DNA of 64,000 bases from Marine Group III euryarchaeote CG-Epi1 (GTDB lineage Archaea; Thermoplasmatota; Poseidoniia; MGIII; CG-Epi1): NCBI GenBank assembly GCA_001875345.1, contig MIZA01000001.1, positions 3,340-67,339 on the forward strand, in the 5' to 3' direction. Under the pieces are notes generated by a model that saw only the letters and a program-made list of their open reading frames with translations, was not told the origin of the DNA and ran no database searches. Position 1 is the first letter of the stretch; each line of letters opens with the position of its first letter. The translations under genes were made by a program, and so were the position numbers. Of the stretch, positions 9,631 to 19,380 are shown in pieces.

Positions 9631-10560
9631 TTAGTTAGTTTGACATTTATCTAATGCTTCACTCACTATTTTCACGATTCTGTTACCAACTTTTCCACGT
9701 GCCGGATGCTCAAAATTTGAATCAAGTATGTAATTTACAAAACCTTGGAGTTCGTCTCTGATTGTATTATTTTCTACAACATTTAGCTTAGTAATTTCAC
9801 CTGAATTATTTACCATGTTGATTTTTTGACCAACTGCATCAACAATTAAACTTGCTTTAGAACCGACTACGGTAAGTTCCCTAACTTTAGGTGGAGTCAA
9901 CCAAGAAACCTCAATCTGAAAAATAATATCTCCATAGAAACCTGACAAAAAGGCTACTTCAGGATAAATAGTCTCCCTGTATGAGGCTCCTGTACTACTG
10001 ACAATATTAATATCTCCATCTATAATATAATCTAAAATATCAAAAGGATGCAATGCTAAATCAAGGATGACATCTCTGTCATCAAATAATCTTTCCATAT
10101 TAGTCCACTGAAATTTAACTAAATGGATATCACCAATTTCCCCTCTTTCTATTATTTGCTTAACTTTCCTTATTGCATTATTAAACCTAAATATATGTCC
10201 TACTACTAATTTTACGTTATTATCGTTAGCATATTTAACTGTTTTTTCAGCTTCTTCGACGGATGTAGAAAGAGGTTTCTCAACCAGTACGGGGATTCCC
10301 TTTTCCATTAATTTCTTAGCCACTTTGGAATGAGAATTATTAGGTGTGCAAATAGAAGCTCCGAAAAGTTCAATATCTGATTCTAATAGCTTATCTAAGG
10401 TTGAAAATGAAATGATTCCTTTCTCATTCATTCTCTCTAATGTATCTCTATTTTCATCAACTGCAACTACGGAAATACCAAGACTTAGGTATTCACTTAT
10501 GTGCTTAGAGCCCCAAAAACCACAACCTATCACTGCAATATACTTATCTTTAGGTATCAT
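9631..10560 (-). CDS. Gfo/Idh/MocA-family NAD(P) sugar oxidoreductase
   Basis: IAVIGCGFWGSKH is the Rossmann motif. VLVEKPLS is the EKP motif typical of this family (WbpB-like nucleotide-sugar 3-dehydrogenases). Confidence 0.8.
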   Translation of the reverse strand: MIPKDKYIAVIGCGFWGSKHISEYLSLGISVVAVDENRDTLERMNEKGIISFSTLDKLLESDIELFGASICTPNNSHSKVAKKLMEKGIPVLVEKPLSTSVEEAEKTVKYANDNNVKLVVGHIFRFNNAIRKVKQIIERGEIGDIHLVKFQWTNMERLFDDRDVILDLALHPFDILDYIIDGDINIVSSTGASYRETIYPEVAFLSGFYGDIIFQIEVSWLTPPKVRELTVVGSKASLIVDAVGQKINMVNNSGEITKLNVVENNTIRDELQGFVNYILDSNFEHPARGKVGNRIVKIVSEALDKCQTN

Positions 10561-10561
10561 A

Positions 10562-11731
10562 CTAATCTCCCATAATCTCTTTAATTGAATTTACCACATA
10601 ATCAACCTGATCATTTGTCATTTCAAAAAATATAGGTAATGATATACAATTTAAAGATAAGGATAATGTATTTTTCATTGCCTTCTGCTCTTTTTCGTCA
10701 AAATTGGTAATTTCTGAATTAAATAATTCAGAACCATCGTACAGATACCATTCAAATCTTTGATATATTGGCTGACGATGCATTGGAATAGGGTAATGAA
10801 ACGATGTTCCTATATCATAATCTTTTAATTTTTGATGTAAAAGGGTATTACTAATCTTTGACGATTGTTTAACTTTAACAACAAATAAATGTGGGCCGTG
10901 GACTAATTCTCCCCACCATTTAGGAAGTGTGAAATATTCTAAATTAGATAAGCCAAATAAGTATAATTGAGATATTTGATGACGTCTTTCATTGAATTTG
11001 TCTAACATTTCTAATTGTTGCAACCCAACTGAGGCTTCGAAACAACTCATTCGACTAGGACGGCCAAAATCAATATGCTCATATGGATTTCCACCAGGTA
11101 ATCTTCCATCATGACGTAAACATAGTATTTTTTGATAAATGTCTTCACGATTAGTAGTTACCATACCTCCATCTCCACAAACCGTCATGTTTTTAGTAGG
11201 GTAAAAAGAAAATATACTAGCATCACCCATATTACCTACACTTTTCCCTTCAATTTTAGCCCCATGAGCCTGAGCGCAATCCTCTACCAAAAATAAACTA
11301 TGTTCGTCACAATATTTCTTTAATTTATCTAAATCACAAGGAGTGGAATACAAATGAACACAAACCATCCCTTTTATTCCCAATTCTTGCGGATTAGGCG
11401 GCAATTTTGAAATGTCTAGTAAATATTTCTCATTTATATCAACAAAAACTGGGACCATACCTGCAGATATTATTGCATTTGAAGTGGCAACATAACTCAT
11501 TCCCGGACACAATACTAAATCTCCTTTTTTCCCTAATGCTAGAAAGGAAAATGTTAAGGCATCTGTGCCTGATGCTAAGGAAATTCCTCTTTTGGCTTCA
11601 TGTCTGCCTGCAAATTTCTCTTCAAACTCCTTAACTGTTTTTCCCTGTAAAACTGGCTCAGACAATGCCTTAAGTGATGCTTTTGTGAGCATTTTTTCTG
11701 TAAAATAAGGCCATGCAAATGGTACTTTCAT
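10562..11731 (-). CDS. DegT/DnrJ/EryC1/StrS-family nucleotide-sugar aminotransferase
   Basis: DASIFSFYPTKNMTVCGDGGMV contains the PLP lysine, and VEDCAQAHGA is also typical. Length is 389 aa. Confidence 0.85.
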   Translation of the reverse strand: MKVPFAWPYFTEKMLTKASLKALSEPVLQGKTVKEFEEKFAGRHEAKRGISLASGTDALTFSFLALGKKGDLVLCPGMSYVATSNAIISAGMVPVFVDINEKYLLDISKLPPNPQELGIKGMVCVHLYSTPCDLDKLKKYCDEHSLFLVEDCAQAHGAKIEGKSVGNMGDASIFSFYPTKNMTVCGDGGMVTTNREDIYQKILCLRHDGRLPGGNPYEHIDFGRPSRMSCFEASVGLQQLEMLDKFNERRHQISQLYLFGLSNLEYFTLPKWWGELVHGPHLFVVKVKQSSKISNTLLHQKLKDYDIGTSFHYPIPMHRQPIYQRFEWYLYDGSELFNSEITNFDEKEQKAMKNTLSLSLNCISLPIFFEMTNDQVDYVVNSIKEIMGD

Positions 11732-11741
11732 AATAATTTAC

Positions 11742-12782
11742 CTAATTACTTTTATAGATACTAGCATTTATTAGTTCGTATAACTTATCATTCAAATCTA
11801 CTTCTCTGTAAGACGAATAATTTTCTAAATTATTTGTTGATAACGAGCCGGTACCTTTAAATCTTTCTAAAATCCAATTTCTAGCTTCATCGATATTATC
11901 TGTACATTTTATAAGATCCTTGCGAGAAAGCTCGGAAAAATTTCCTAATGTACTAGGATTAGCCCACGAATTTATACAAATTGATGGAGTACCTAAAAGA
12001 GCTGATTCAGTAGTCATGGTTGGGGATTCTCCTACATAAATTGAACAATAATGTAAAAGATCATGAATTTCCGTTCCGCTCAAATTTACTTCATATTTTG
12101 ATAGGGAAGGAGGTAACTTCGATTCTGAACTAATAAATATACGGAAATGTGAAGAAAAAAAATCTACAAATTCGAGTTTCTCGGAAAAAGTCATGCTAGA
12201 ACCTGCATCATCATGTATTGCATTCCATGATACAAACCTAATGAACATACATTTATCATTTTTATTAATTTTTAAATCTTTCAGAATTTGAGGATTTGGG
12301 GAAAAATATTTAGGATGTAAATAGAAATTTTCTAGAAAGGAACTAAACCTAACATGTTTTTTGCCAAAATTCTTGAGAAACCAATCGGGCGTAACTACCT
12401 TAGTGCATAACGGTATAGTCACTGCGTGGATCAAATCAACACATTCCGTATCTTCAACTATAATGTAAGGTTTGTCTACAATCTTACTTACAAAACCAAA
12501 ATAAACTACTGCTTGTCCTAAAAAAATATCTGGCTTAAATACTTTTACAAAAAATAATGTTGAAAAAAATAATACAAATAAATTAATTATTTTTTTAATA
12601 AATGTTGATTGATTTGAGCCCATGATTTTATAATCTATATTTAAATTATCTAAAAGTTCATTGGAAATGTCTTTTGAAACTGATAATATTTTAACTTCAT
12701 GGCCATCTAAAATTAAAGTTCTAATCAGATTTTTAAATATAAATACCTGTTTAGGATGGTTAATTGATACTAAAACTCTCAA
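11742..12782 (-). CDS. DUF354-family protein (archaeal GT-B-like, function unknown)
   Basis: The N-terminus MRVLVSINHPKQVFIFKNLIRTLILDGHEVKILSVSKD follows the DUF354 pattern (I.I.hP..vhfFk..I..L...GHeV). Confidence 0.55.
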   Translation of the reverse strand: MRVLVSINHPKQVFIFKNLIRTLILDGHEVKILSVSKDISNELLDNLNIDYKIMGSNQSTFIKKIINLFVLFFSTLFFVKVFKPDIFLGQAVVYFGFVSKIVDKPYIIVEDTECVDLIHAVTIPLCTKVVTPDWFLKNFGKKHVRFSSFLENFYLHPKYFSPNPQILKDLKINKNDKCMFIRFVSWNAIHDDAGSSMTFSEKLEFVDFFSSHFRIFISSESKLPPSLSKYEVNLSGTEIHDLLHYCSIYVGESPTMTTESALLGTPSICINSWANPSTLGNFSELSRKDLIKCTDNIDEARNWILERFKGTGSLSTNNLENYSSYREVDLNDKLYELINASIYKSN

Positions 12783-13408
12783 ATTATATTTATCTCTTTA
12801 ATTACTTTCTGAAGAACTGATTCTTTGTCATTGGTACTTGTATCTATAATTAATCCTGAATGAGCCTTTGAATAGGATATATATTCCTCCCTCTCATATT
12901 TTAATTCTGAAAGACTGTACAAATAAGGATCTCCTCGTTTTATTTGTCGAATTACAGATATCTTTTCTGGGACGTCAAAGACTAAAATTTTGTCCGTTTT
13001 GAAGGAAGTCCACAACTTTTTGAACCAAACATTATTATAATTTAAAGCTCGAAATTTTATTTGTGTTGAACAAATAAATCTATCAAAAATTATGATATGA
13101 TTATCATCTTTCGGAAATTTGCTAATATAAAAAAAAACGTTATCTATAAAAGCAATTATTGGTTTTAATATGGAAGATAAAGAAAAATAATTTTTTTGCC
13201 TATAAGGAACATCCATCGATTTACGGCCTCTATCAATACTTTTTCCGAAGAAGGTCTTCAACTCATGTGCAAACAACCAATGATGAAATGGAACTATTGT
13301 TACTTTAAAGTTTAATTTCTCAAGATATTCTTTTAAAGATTTGGATAAAGTGCTCTTTCCTGAACCATCGATACCTAGCAATGATATTGTTCTAACTTTA
13401 GAGCTCAT
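12779..13408 (-). CDS. P-loop kinase, thymidylate-kinase-like
   Basis: The Walker A motif LLGIDGSGKSTL is of the Tmk-type GxDGxGK[ST]T form. Both ends overlap neighbours by 4 nt. Confidence 0.5.
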   Translation of the reverse strand: MSSKVRTISLLGIDGSGKSTLSKSLKEYLEKLNFKVTIVPFHHWLFAHELKTFFGKSIDRGRKSMDVPYRQKNYFSLSSILKPIIAFIDNVFFYISKFPKDDNHIIIFDRFICSTQIKFRALNYNNVWFKKLWTSFKTDKILVFDVPEKISVIRQIKRGDPYLYSLSELKYEREEYISYSKAHSGLIIDTSTNDKESVLQKVIKEINII

Positions 13409-14481
13409 TTAGATTTTATTAAGTTGTTAATAGCCATAGGTAAGTCTTCTGAAAAGTGCATAGGCTCAATTAAAACGTAATTGTTTATCTTATCTATGTT
13501 CTCTTTCAAAATTGAATTGACTGTAGGCCAAATTAATTCGGTTCTTTTGAGATCATGCGAATATAAATAAACATTAATAATATCTATAAAAGAATTATAA
13601 GGTATTCCGGAAAGTGCATGGGTTGGACAGCTACTTATTTCTTCTAATTCATTAATTAAACCAAAATTGACCATCGCTTTTTTAGATGCAGGAGAAATAG
13701 TAACTGTTTTTTGATTCATTTCTCTTTTAAGATAAAAAAGATTTTCTAATTCATATGACTGCGAAGATAATCTTAGATTATTGTGCCTATTTAGCAACAG
13801 ATGTAATATTAATTTTAATCTTTGAATTTTGTTTTTAGCTTTCTCAAATCCCCAAAAATCTTTCTTGTACGAAAATGATTGATAATTAAATGGGTAAGGA
13901 TAGCATTTCCCTTTACCAATAATGACATTTTCTTCCCCAAGAAAACCATAACCATAATCATTCATCATTTTTATTGCTAATGTAGTTTTATAAACTCCCG
14001 CTTCACCCATAAAAATACTAGCTTTATTGCCATCACTAACTGCAGAGGAATGCATTAGCAAATATCCTTTTTTTAGTAGAGATATGAATAATAATGAACG
14101 CATGAATATATTTTGTGAAGCGAAAATTGGAAATAGTGAACGGAAACCTGAATATTTGACAAAATATTTCACTTCAATCGATTGCCTTGTTAAATTTCTT
14201 ATTTCAACTTTCCAGGAATAACCAGTCTGCTTTTTCTGATAGAATATATAATCTTTCTTAACATAAAACTCTCTATTTACTAACTTACAATCTTCTAAGG
14301 AGGGGTGGAATTCTCCAATTCTTATAGACAAATCAACATTTTCTAATGGAACTTCGGATTTGAAAAATGAATACTCATATTCTACGTCATGAAATAAACC
14401 TACATTACATTTTTCTACTCTAATATTAAGTAAATTATGTATATTGTAATAATCAATCATAAATTTAATTTTCTCAAACAT
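13405..14481 (-). CDS. HPr-kinase-C-terminal-like protein with a degenerate P-loop
   Basis: LMHSSAVSDGNKASIFMGEAGVYKTTLAIKMMNDYGYGFLGEENVII parallels the HprK-related-kinase core (lHAsav..g.a.ll.G.sGsGKSTla..l...G...lsDD). The second Gly of the P-loop is replaced (GVYKTT). An alternative start is Met8 (14460). Confidence 0.4.
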   Translation of the reverse strand: MFEKIKFMIDYYNIHNLLNIRVEKCNVGLFHDVEYEYSFFKSEVPLENVDLSIRIGEFHPSLEDCKLVNREFYVKKDYIFYQKKQTGYSWKVEIRNLTRQSIEVKYFVKYSGFRSLFPIFASQNIFMRSLLFISLLKKGYLLMHSSAVSDGNKASIFMGEAGVYKTTLAIKMMNDYGYGFLGEENVIIGKGKCYPYPFNYQSFSYKKDFWGFEKAKNKIQRLKLILHLLLNRHNNLRLSSQSYELENLFYLKREMNQKTVTISPASKKAMVNFGLINELEEISSCPTHALSGIPYNSFIDIINVYLYSHDLKRTELIWPTVNSILKENIDKINNYVLIEPMHFSEDLPMAINNLIKSK

Positions 14482-15596
14482 TCAATGTAATACAAAAAAA
14501 TAGGCCTAAAATCTTGAAATGATTCTAAATCAAATCTTGTATCTTTAAATGATAAATAAGATTTTAAAAATCTCAGTTTATCATTATTATAACGAAAATG
14601 GGCTAAGAAAGAAATTATATCTAAAGCTAAAAATCTAGTTTTAATTCCTAAAGCTACTTCTTTTTTAAAATTTAAGGATTTATTCTGAGAAATTAAATAA
14701 AGCCAGTAAGGAAAATTTAATCCTGATGCTATCGGTTGATACATAGACCCCCAAAATCGGGGATTAACTTCAATTAGATATGGTTCATTTGTTTGATTAT
14801 CAAGTTTAAATTCTAACATTGCGATGCCGTGCCACCCTATATAATCCATTAACTTCTTACTTATCTTTTCTGCTTTCTTATTTCTAAGGCTGACTCTAAA
14901 TGTACTAGGCCCTCCACTTGGTGGATTTTCTCTTAAACGAAGATGAGATAGGAAAGCTTGCATTTTACCATTTGAATACAAAACAGAAGTACCTAATCCC
15001 TTTCCTTCAATATATTCCTGAACAATTGGATAATTCTCAATTTTTAAATTATGTTTTTTAATTGTTGATTCAAAATTATGATGTAGCTCCTCATAATTAT
15101 TTGCATAAGAAAGTCCCTTATTTCCTTGACCTTCCTGGATTTTTATGACAAGGGGAAATTTTAAATCTAAATTTTTTAAATCTCCTAAATTCTTAGGAAA
15201 TATAGTTTTTGGAGTACGCAAGTTAAGTTTAGTAGCTATCTGATTTAATGAACGTTTATTATCTACTAATGAAAATTTTTTATAATCTACTAAAGGAATG
15301 CTTACAACTTCTTCTAAGATTTTTTTATTCTTTGATATTATTTTGGTCTCTCTTGAATGCAAAGGCATTAAAACTTTAATATTATTGTTTTTGATTATTG
15401 AAATTAAATCATTAATAAATTTTACAGGCTCAGCCAGTGGATCTGAATATACTACATGGCCTGAAGAATATTTAGAATAACTAGCAGGAGTATTTTTCTT
15501 ATGACTTGAAGTTATAAAATTTATTCCTTGTGTGCCTAGGGCTCTAGCTGCAACTATTCCTTTAGCACTTTCAGTTCCTGTAAGCAAAACTTCCAT
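14457..15596 (-). CDS. ATP-grasp carboxylate-amine ligase (COG3919-like)
   Basis: FPLVIKIQEGQGNKGLSY and YLIEVNPRFWGS are classic ATP-grasp motifs. Confidence 0.7.
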   Translation of the reverse strand: MEVLLTGTESAKGIVAARALGTQGINFITSSHKKNTPASYSKYSSGHVVYSDPLAEPVKFINDLISIIKNNNIKVLMPLHSRETKIISKNKKILEEVVSIPLVDYKKFSLVDNKRSLNQIATKLNLRTPKTIFPKNLGDLKNLDLKFPLVIKIQEGQGNKGLSYANNYEELHHNFESTIKKHNLKIENYPIVQEYIEGKGLGTSVLYSNGKMQAFLSHLRLRENPPSGGPSTFRVSLRNKKAEKISKKLMDYIGWHGIAMLEFKLDNQTNEPYLIEVNPRFWGSMYQPIASGLNFPYWLYLISQNKSLNFKKEVALGIKTRFLALDIISFLAHFRYNNDKLRFLKSYLSFKDTRFDLESFQDFRPIFLYYIECLRKLNL

Positions 15597-15626
15597 GATA
15601 GTATTTTTTAGTTTTTACTGGAAAGA

Positions 15627-16397
15627 CTAGCCGTGTTTTCTAAGTAAATATCGTTTACCTATATTTTTAATATTTTGAGAAAGTAATTCAAATGTCCAAC
15701 CAAAAAAACCATTATGCCATCTTTGAGGATGAGTATTAATTGAAACATCACTATTTATGGAATTTAAAGCATATATTAATTCGGATGTACTTTTAACTAA
15801 AATCTTTGATTTTTTGGATTGCACTTTATCTCTTACATTGTAAGCAGCTCCATTCCAACTCCTACCTGTGTCTGTAAAATAATGTACTTTATCATAATTA
15901 ATAGAAAGAAACGCTTCACCTTGAATTTCGTAATCTTCAAAATTATAATTATCCCATAAGTCTAAATCATTCCACTTTGACAATGGTGAACCATGCATGC
16001 ATATAGTGTCAATATGAACTATTTGTCTAAATTTAGATAATTCAAATTTAAATTTATCAATTGCTTCAGGCATTTTACCATTACATTTTGCTAAAACCTC
16101 ATAATGATAACCGATCTCATGACCGATACTAGATATCTCCTTAATAATTTCCTCATTAAAAACGCCATCAATGTATCTAAAATAATAGGTAGAATTAAAA
16201 CCCAAACTTTTTTCTAATTTAGCCATTGCCAAAGCTCTTTCAGGTCTTAAATCTACATCATGTCTCATTATTATTTTTTTACCTTCCTCTTGAATTGATG
16301 AAGATAAATAGTCATTAACCCGAGACATCTGAAAACCACCCTTCATAAGAGAAATGCAAAGTTTACGATAAATATCTAATGTAAAGTCTCTACCCAT
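15627..16397 (-). CDS. Polysaccharide-deacetylase-like (divergent CE4-type) protein
   Basis: IIMRHDVDLRPE and IGHEIGYHYE resemble the metal-binding Asp and His motifs of distant CE4 deacetylases. The start is taken at Met21 (MGRDF), leaving 5 nt to the upstream stop. Confidence 0.45.
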   Translation of the reverse strand: MGRDFTLDIYRKLCISLMKGGFQMSRVNDYLSSSIQEEGKKIIMRHDVDLRPERALAMAKLEKSLGFNSTYYFRYIDGVFNEEIIKEISSIGHEIGYHYEVLAKCNGKMPEAIDKFKFELSKFRQIVHIDTICMHGSPLSKWNDLDLWDNYNFEDYEIQGEAFLSINYDKVHYFTDTGRSWNGAAYNVRDKVQSKKSKILVKSTSELIYALNSINSDVSINTHPQRWHNGFFGWTFELLSQNIKNIGKRYLLRKHG

Positions 16398-16402
16398 TCT
16401 AA

Positions 16403-17449
16403 TTAATAAAAAATTATAACACCTGATAAACAGAAAAAGAATGAAACAAAATAGCAAATTATGACCGATTGCTTTTCATTTAATCTAAAATAATAATTTG
16501 GAATCCATTTTAATGTCAGCTTGTTTGGAACCTTAATTGTACCATCTGATCTTAAAGTCGCAAATTTCTTATGATTACCGTCTGCTTGTAAATATTTATC
16601 TGGATCTTTCCGCATTAAATATAACCAAATTAACCAAAGAATAAAATTAAAGGTATGAGGTAACAATATGAAGAATCCAAACCACCAATACTCTTGTAAT
16701 ACTATGATACTCCCAATAATTGATCCAAATAGTAAAGAGCCTACATTACCTTCAAAAACTTTTGACGGATATTTATTGAAAAGCCAGAACGCTAAAAAGG
16801 AACCTATGAACGAGCTTGCTGGCAGCACTCCCTCTATTTTGCCGTCTATGTTGGATTTAATCAAAAGAGTCAATATGATAATAATAGATAGGCCTGACTG
16901 CAATCCGTTATAACCTGAATGCATGTTTACCAAATTTGACACAACCATAATGTAAACTGGAATAACTATAATTCTAAACAAATCATTCCATAAGATATCT
17001 GAGTAAAAAGTATCCATTAAATCAAAATTTCCAAATATAGGAATCCAGATAGTATTAGCATTTACAAAAGAAATTAGCGGAAAACCAAAAGCAATGGGAA
17101 GAACTACCTTAAGTTTTCGGCCTATGTCAACCAAATCATCAATTAAGCCGTACAGTGCATAAACTGAGACCACCAAGAGAAAAGCAAAATTGCTCTCGTT
17201 TAAATCCATTATTCCTTGGTTAGAATCTAAAAATAATCCCATAATTCTGTTGAAAAAAGGTAAAGTTGATAGTGAAATAAAAGATGTAAATAACAGGACC
17301 ATCCCTGCATTAGTAGGTACATTTGGCGTATTTACTTTGTACATATCCTTAGCTACTTGATTACTTTCAGTCAATTTTCTAATCGTATGAGGTAAAACAT
17401 ACAAAGTACCAAAAAATGATACTAAAAATAATATGGCGAATGAATACAT
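16403..17449 (-). CDS. AglH/Alg7-type polyprenyl(dolichyl)-phosphate HexNAc-1-phosphate transferase
   Basis: A polytopic protein with LIDDLVDIGRKLK and VNMHSGYNGLQSG, the signatures of MraY/WecA/AglH-family phosphoglycosyl transferases. Confidence 0.8.
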   Translation of the reverse strand: MYSFAILFLVSFFGTLYVLPHTIRKLTESNQVAKDMYKVNTPNVPTNAGMVLLFTSFISLSTLPFFNRIMGLFLDSNQGIMDLNESNFAFLLVVSVYALYGLIDDLVDIGRKLKVVLPIAFGFPLISFVNANTIWIPIFGNFDLMDTFYSDILWNDLFRIIVIPVYIMVVSNLVNMHSGYNGLQSGLSIIIILTLLIKSNIDGKIEGVLPASSFIGSFLAFWLFNKYPSKVFEGNVGSLLFGSIIGSIIVLQEYWWFGFFILLPHTFNFILWLIWLYLMRKDPDKYLQADGNHKKFATLRSDGTIKVPNKLTLKWIPNYYFRLNEKQSVIICYFVSFFFCLSGVIIFY

Positions 17450-17458
17450 TTCTCTTTC

Positions 17459-18367
17459 CTATTGTGAATTTTCTTTATACCAGTCTAAAAAATTTTTTGC
17501 ACCTTCTTTAAAATCAACTAAAGGCTCCCAGTCGAGTAACTTTTTACTTTTGTCATTAGAAACAACTTTTCCCGCATAATCTCCAGGGCGCGCTTCAACA
17601 TAGTTTATTTCAACATCTCCATTGAATAGTTCATTAACTGTGTCGGCTACTTCCTTTACAGAAATATTTCTTGGGCCTTCTAAATTAATAACTTGATTTT
17701 TAGCATCAGGAGAAAGGGCTGCCACGTTACCATATGCTATATCTTCAACATATATAAATTTACGATGAGCTGAGCCATCTCCTTGAATTGTAAGAGGCTT
17801 ACCTTCCATTGCCAATCTAACAAAAATTGGAAGAACTGTTCCACCTCTCGCTCTTGGGCCATAAGGAATACCATATCTCAAGATAGTAAAATCTTGATGA
17901 TAGAGATTACTGTAACTTTGAATTAAGGTTTCAGCTGCCACTTTTGATGCCGTATATATGTGCTCTTTATTTGTGATATTAAGTGGAGTAGATTCATCAA
18001 CCACCTCAACATCGCTTAAACCATATGTCCATACAGTACTTGCAAAAAGAAAACGTTCTATTTCATTTTTAACACAGGCTTCCAATACATTAGCTACTCC
18101 TAATACATTTACTTCGATTGTTTTTACAGGATTCTTATAACAATCATTGACATCAGCCATAGCCGCCAAAAGATAAATTGCATCATAACCACCATCTAAT
18201 GTAACCAAGGTATTTTCCAGATCTGTAATGTCTATAACTTTGTAACCTACATCATTTCTTTGAGGCTTAACTCCGTCTAAAACTGTTACATTATGGCCTG
18301 CGTCAAACAATTTATCAACAACATGAGAACCAATAAATCCAGAACCTCCAATTACGCCTACATTCAT
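17459..18367 (-). CDS. NAD-dependent nucleotide-sugar epimerase/dehydratase (extended SDR)
   Basis: VIGGSGFIGSHV is the GxxGxxG motif. YTASKVAAE is the YxxxK motif. Confidence 0.8.
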   Translation of the reverse strand: MNVGVIGGSGFIGSHVVDKLFDAGHNVTVLDGVKPQRNDVGYKVIDITDLENTLVTLDGGYDAIYLLAAMADVNDCYKNPVKTIEVNVLGVANVLEACVKNEIERFLFASTVWTYGLSDVEVVDESTPLNITNKEHIYTASKVAAETLIQSYSNLYHQDFTILRYGIPYGPRARGGTVLPIFVRLAMEGKPLTIQGDGSAHRKFIYVEDIAYGNVAALSPDAKNQVINLEGPRNISVKEVADTVNELFNGDVEINYVEARPGDYAGKVVSNDKSKKLLDWEPLVDFKEGAKNFLDWYKENSQ

Positions 18368-19368
18368 TTTTTAACCTCTAATTCAGGATGATAGTACAAT
18401 GGAACGCACCAGTGATTACTAACAATCCAATCCGTATTAGGTAAATCAATTTCATGGCCCATTATTTTATGACAAGATTCGTCGTAAACCTTTCCGGTTG
18501 ACTTTTCTAACTTATCGAAAACTATATACTTGTAATAACCTGATTTCATTCCGTCAGGGAAGATAATTCGGTTGCTGTGCTTTGAATCAAGGAAATTCTC
18601 GGCATAACTATTTTTCCAGTCCACAATTTCAGACATTCTTCTAGTTTGAACTACACCTAGAGCTGCGGTAAACTCACTCATTCTGTAGTTAAGGCCCTCA
18701 ACATCGTATTCAAATTTACCGTAGTTTCGGAACTTATAACAATAATCAAGTAATTCTTTGTGCTTTGATACTAATATTCCTCCTTCCCCTGTAGATATTG
18801 TTTTTGTGGCATACATTGAATAAACTCCTGCATCTCCCCAAGTACCTGGTTTTTTACCATTCCATTCGGCACCATGAGCATGAGCACAGTCCTCAATTAA
18901 CCAAATTTTATTTTCCTTGCAATACGATGAAATTTTTTCAATGTCAAAAGAAATATGGCCGCCGATGTGTACTACCCAAACTGCTTTAGGACTATGCTTT
19001 TCTGCTTTAACCCTGAAATCTTCAAATGACATACAAAGATCTTCACGATTTGAATCTACAAACTCAACATGCCCACCAGCGTTGATAACAGACAACGGTG
19101 TGGCCATAAATGTATTGGATGGACATAAAACAGTTTCATTCTTTACATCAATATAATTCAGTACTGCCATGGCTCCACCTGCCCAACTTGAAAAAGCAAC
19201 ACTGTCCTCATCATTCCATTCACTCCAAAGTGATTCGAATTCTTTTGTGTAAATCCCTTCAGACCATTGCTGTGTGCTAAAAATTTTATCCCACATTTGA
19301 TGAAGCTTTTCTTTATCTCTATGGTCGAAACCAATAGTAAACTGGCTAACTTTTTCTTCTATTGACAT
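18364..19368 (-). CDS. DegT-family nucleotide-sugar aminotransferase
   Basis: DAGVYSMYATKTISTGEGGILV contains the PLP lysine, and IEDCAHAHGA is also typical. Confidence 0.75.
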   Translation of the reverse strand: MSIEEKVSQFTIGFDHRDKEKLHQMWDKIFSTQQWSEGIYTKEFESLWSEWNDEDSVAFSSWAGGAMAVLNYIDVKNETVLCPSNTFMATPLSVINAGGHVEFVDSNREDLCMSFEDFRVKAEKHSPKAVWVVHIGGHISFDIEKISSYCKENKIWLIEDCAHAHGAEWNGKKPGTWGDAGVYSMYATKTISTGEGGILVSKHKELLDYCYKFRNYGKFEYDVEGLNYRMSEFTAALGVVQTRRMSEIVDWKNSYAENFLDSKHSNRIIFPDGMKSGYYKYIVFDKLEKSTGKVYDESCHKIMGHEIDLPNTDWIVSNHWCVPLYYHPELEVKK

Positions 19369-19380
19369 TGTTTTTTTCCT

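Noticed and set aside
16398-16457. A 20-codon hydrophobic N-terminal extension of the deacetylase-like ORF.
   Set aside because: It overlaps the 3' end of the AglH-type gene. The internal Met (MGRDF, 16397) leaves a tidy 5-nt gap, and the CE4-like motifs are all downstream of it.
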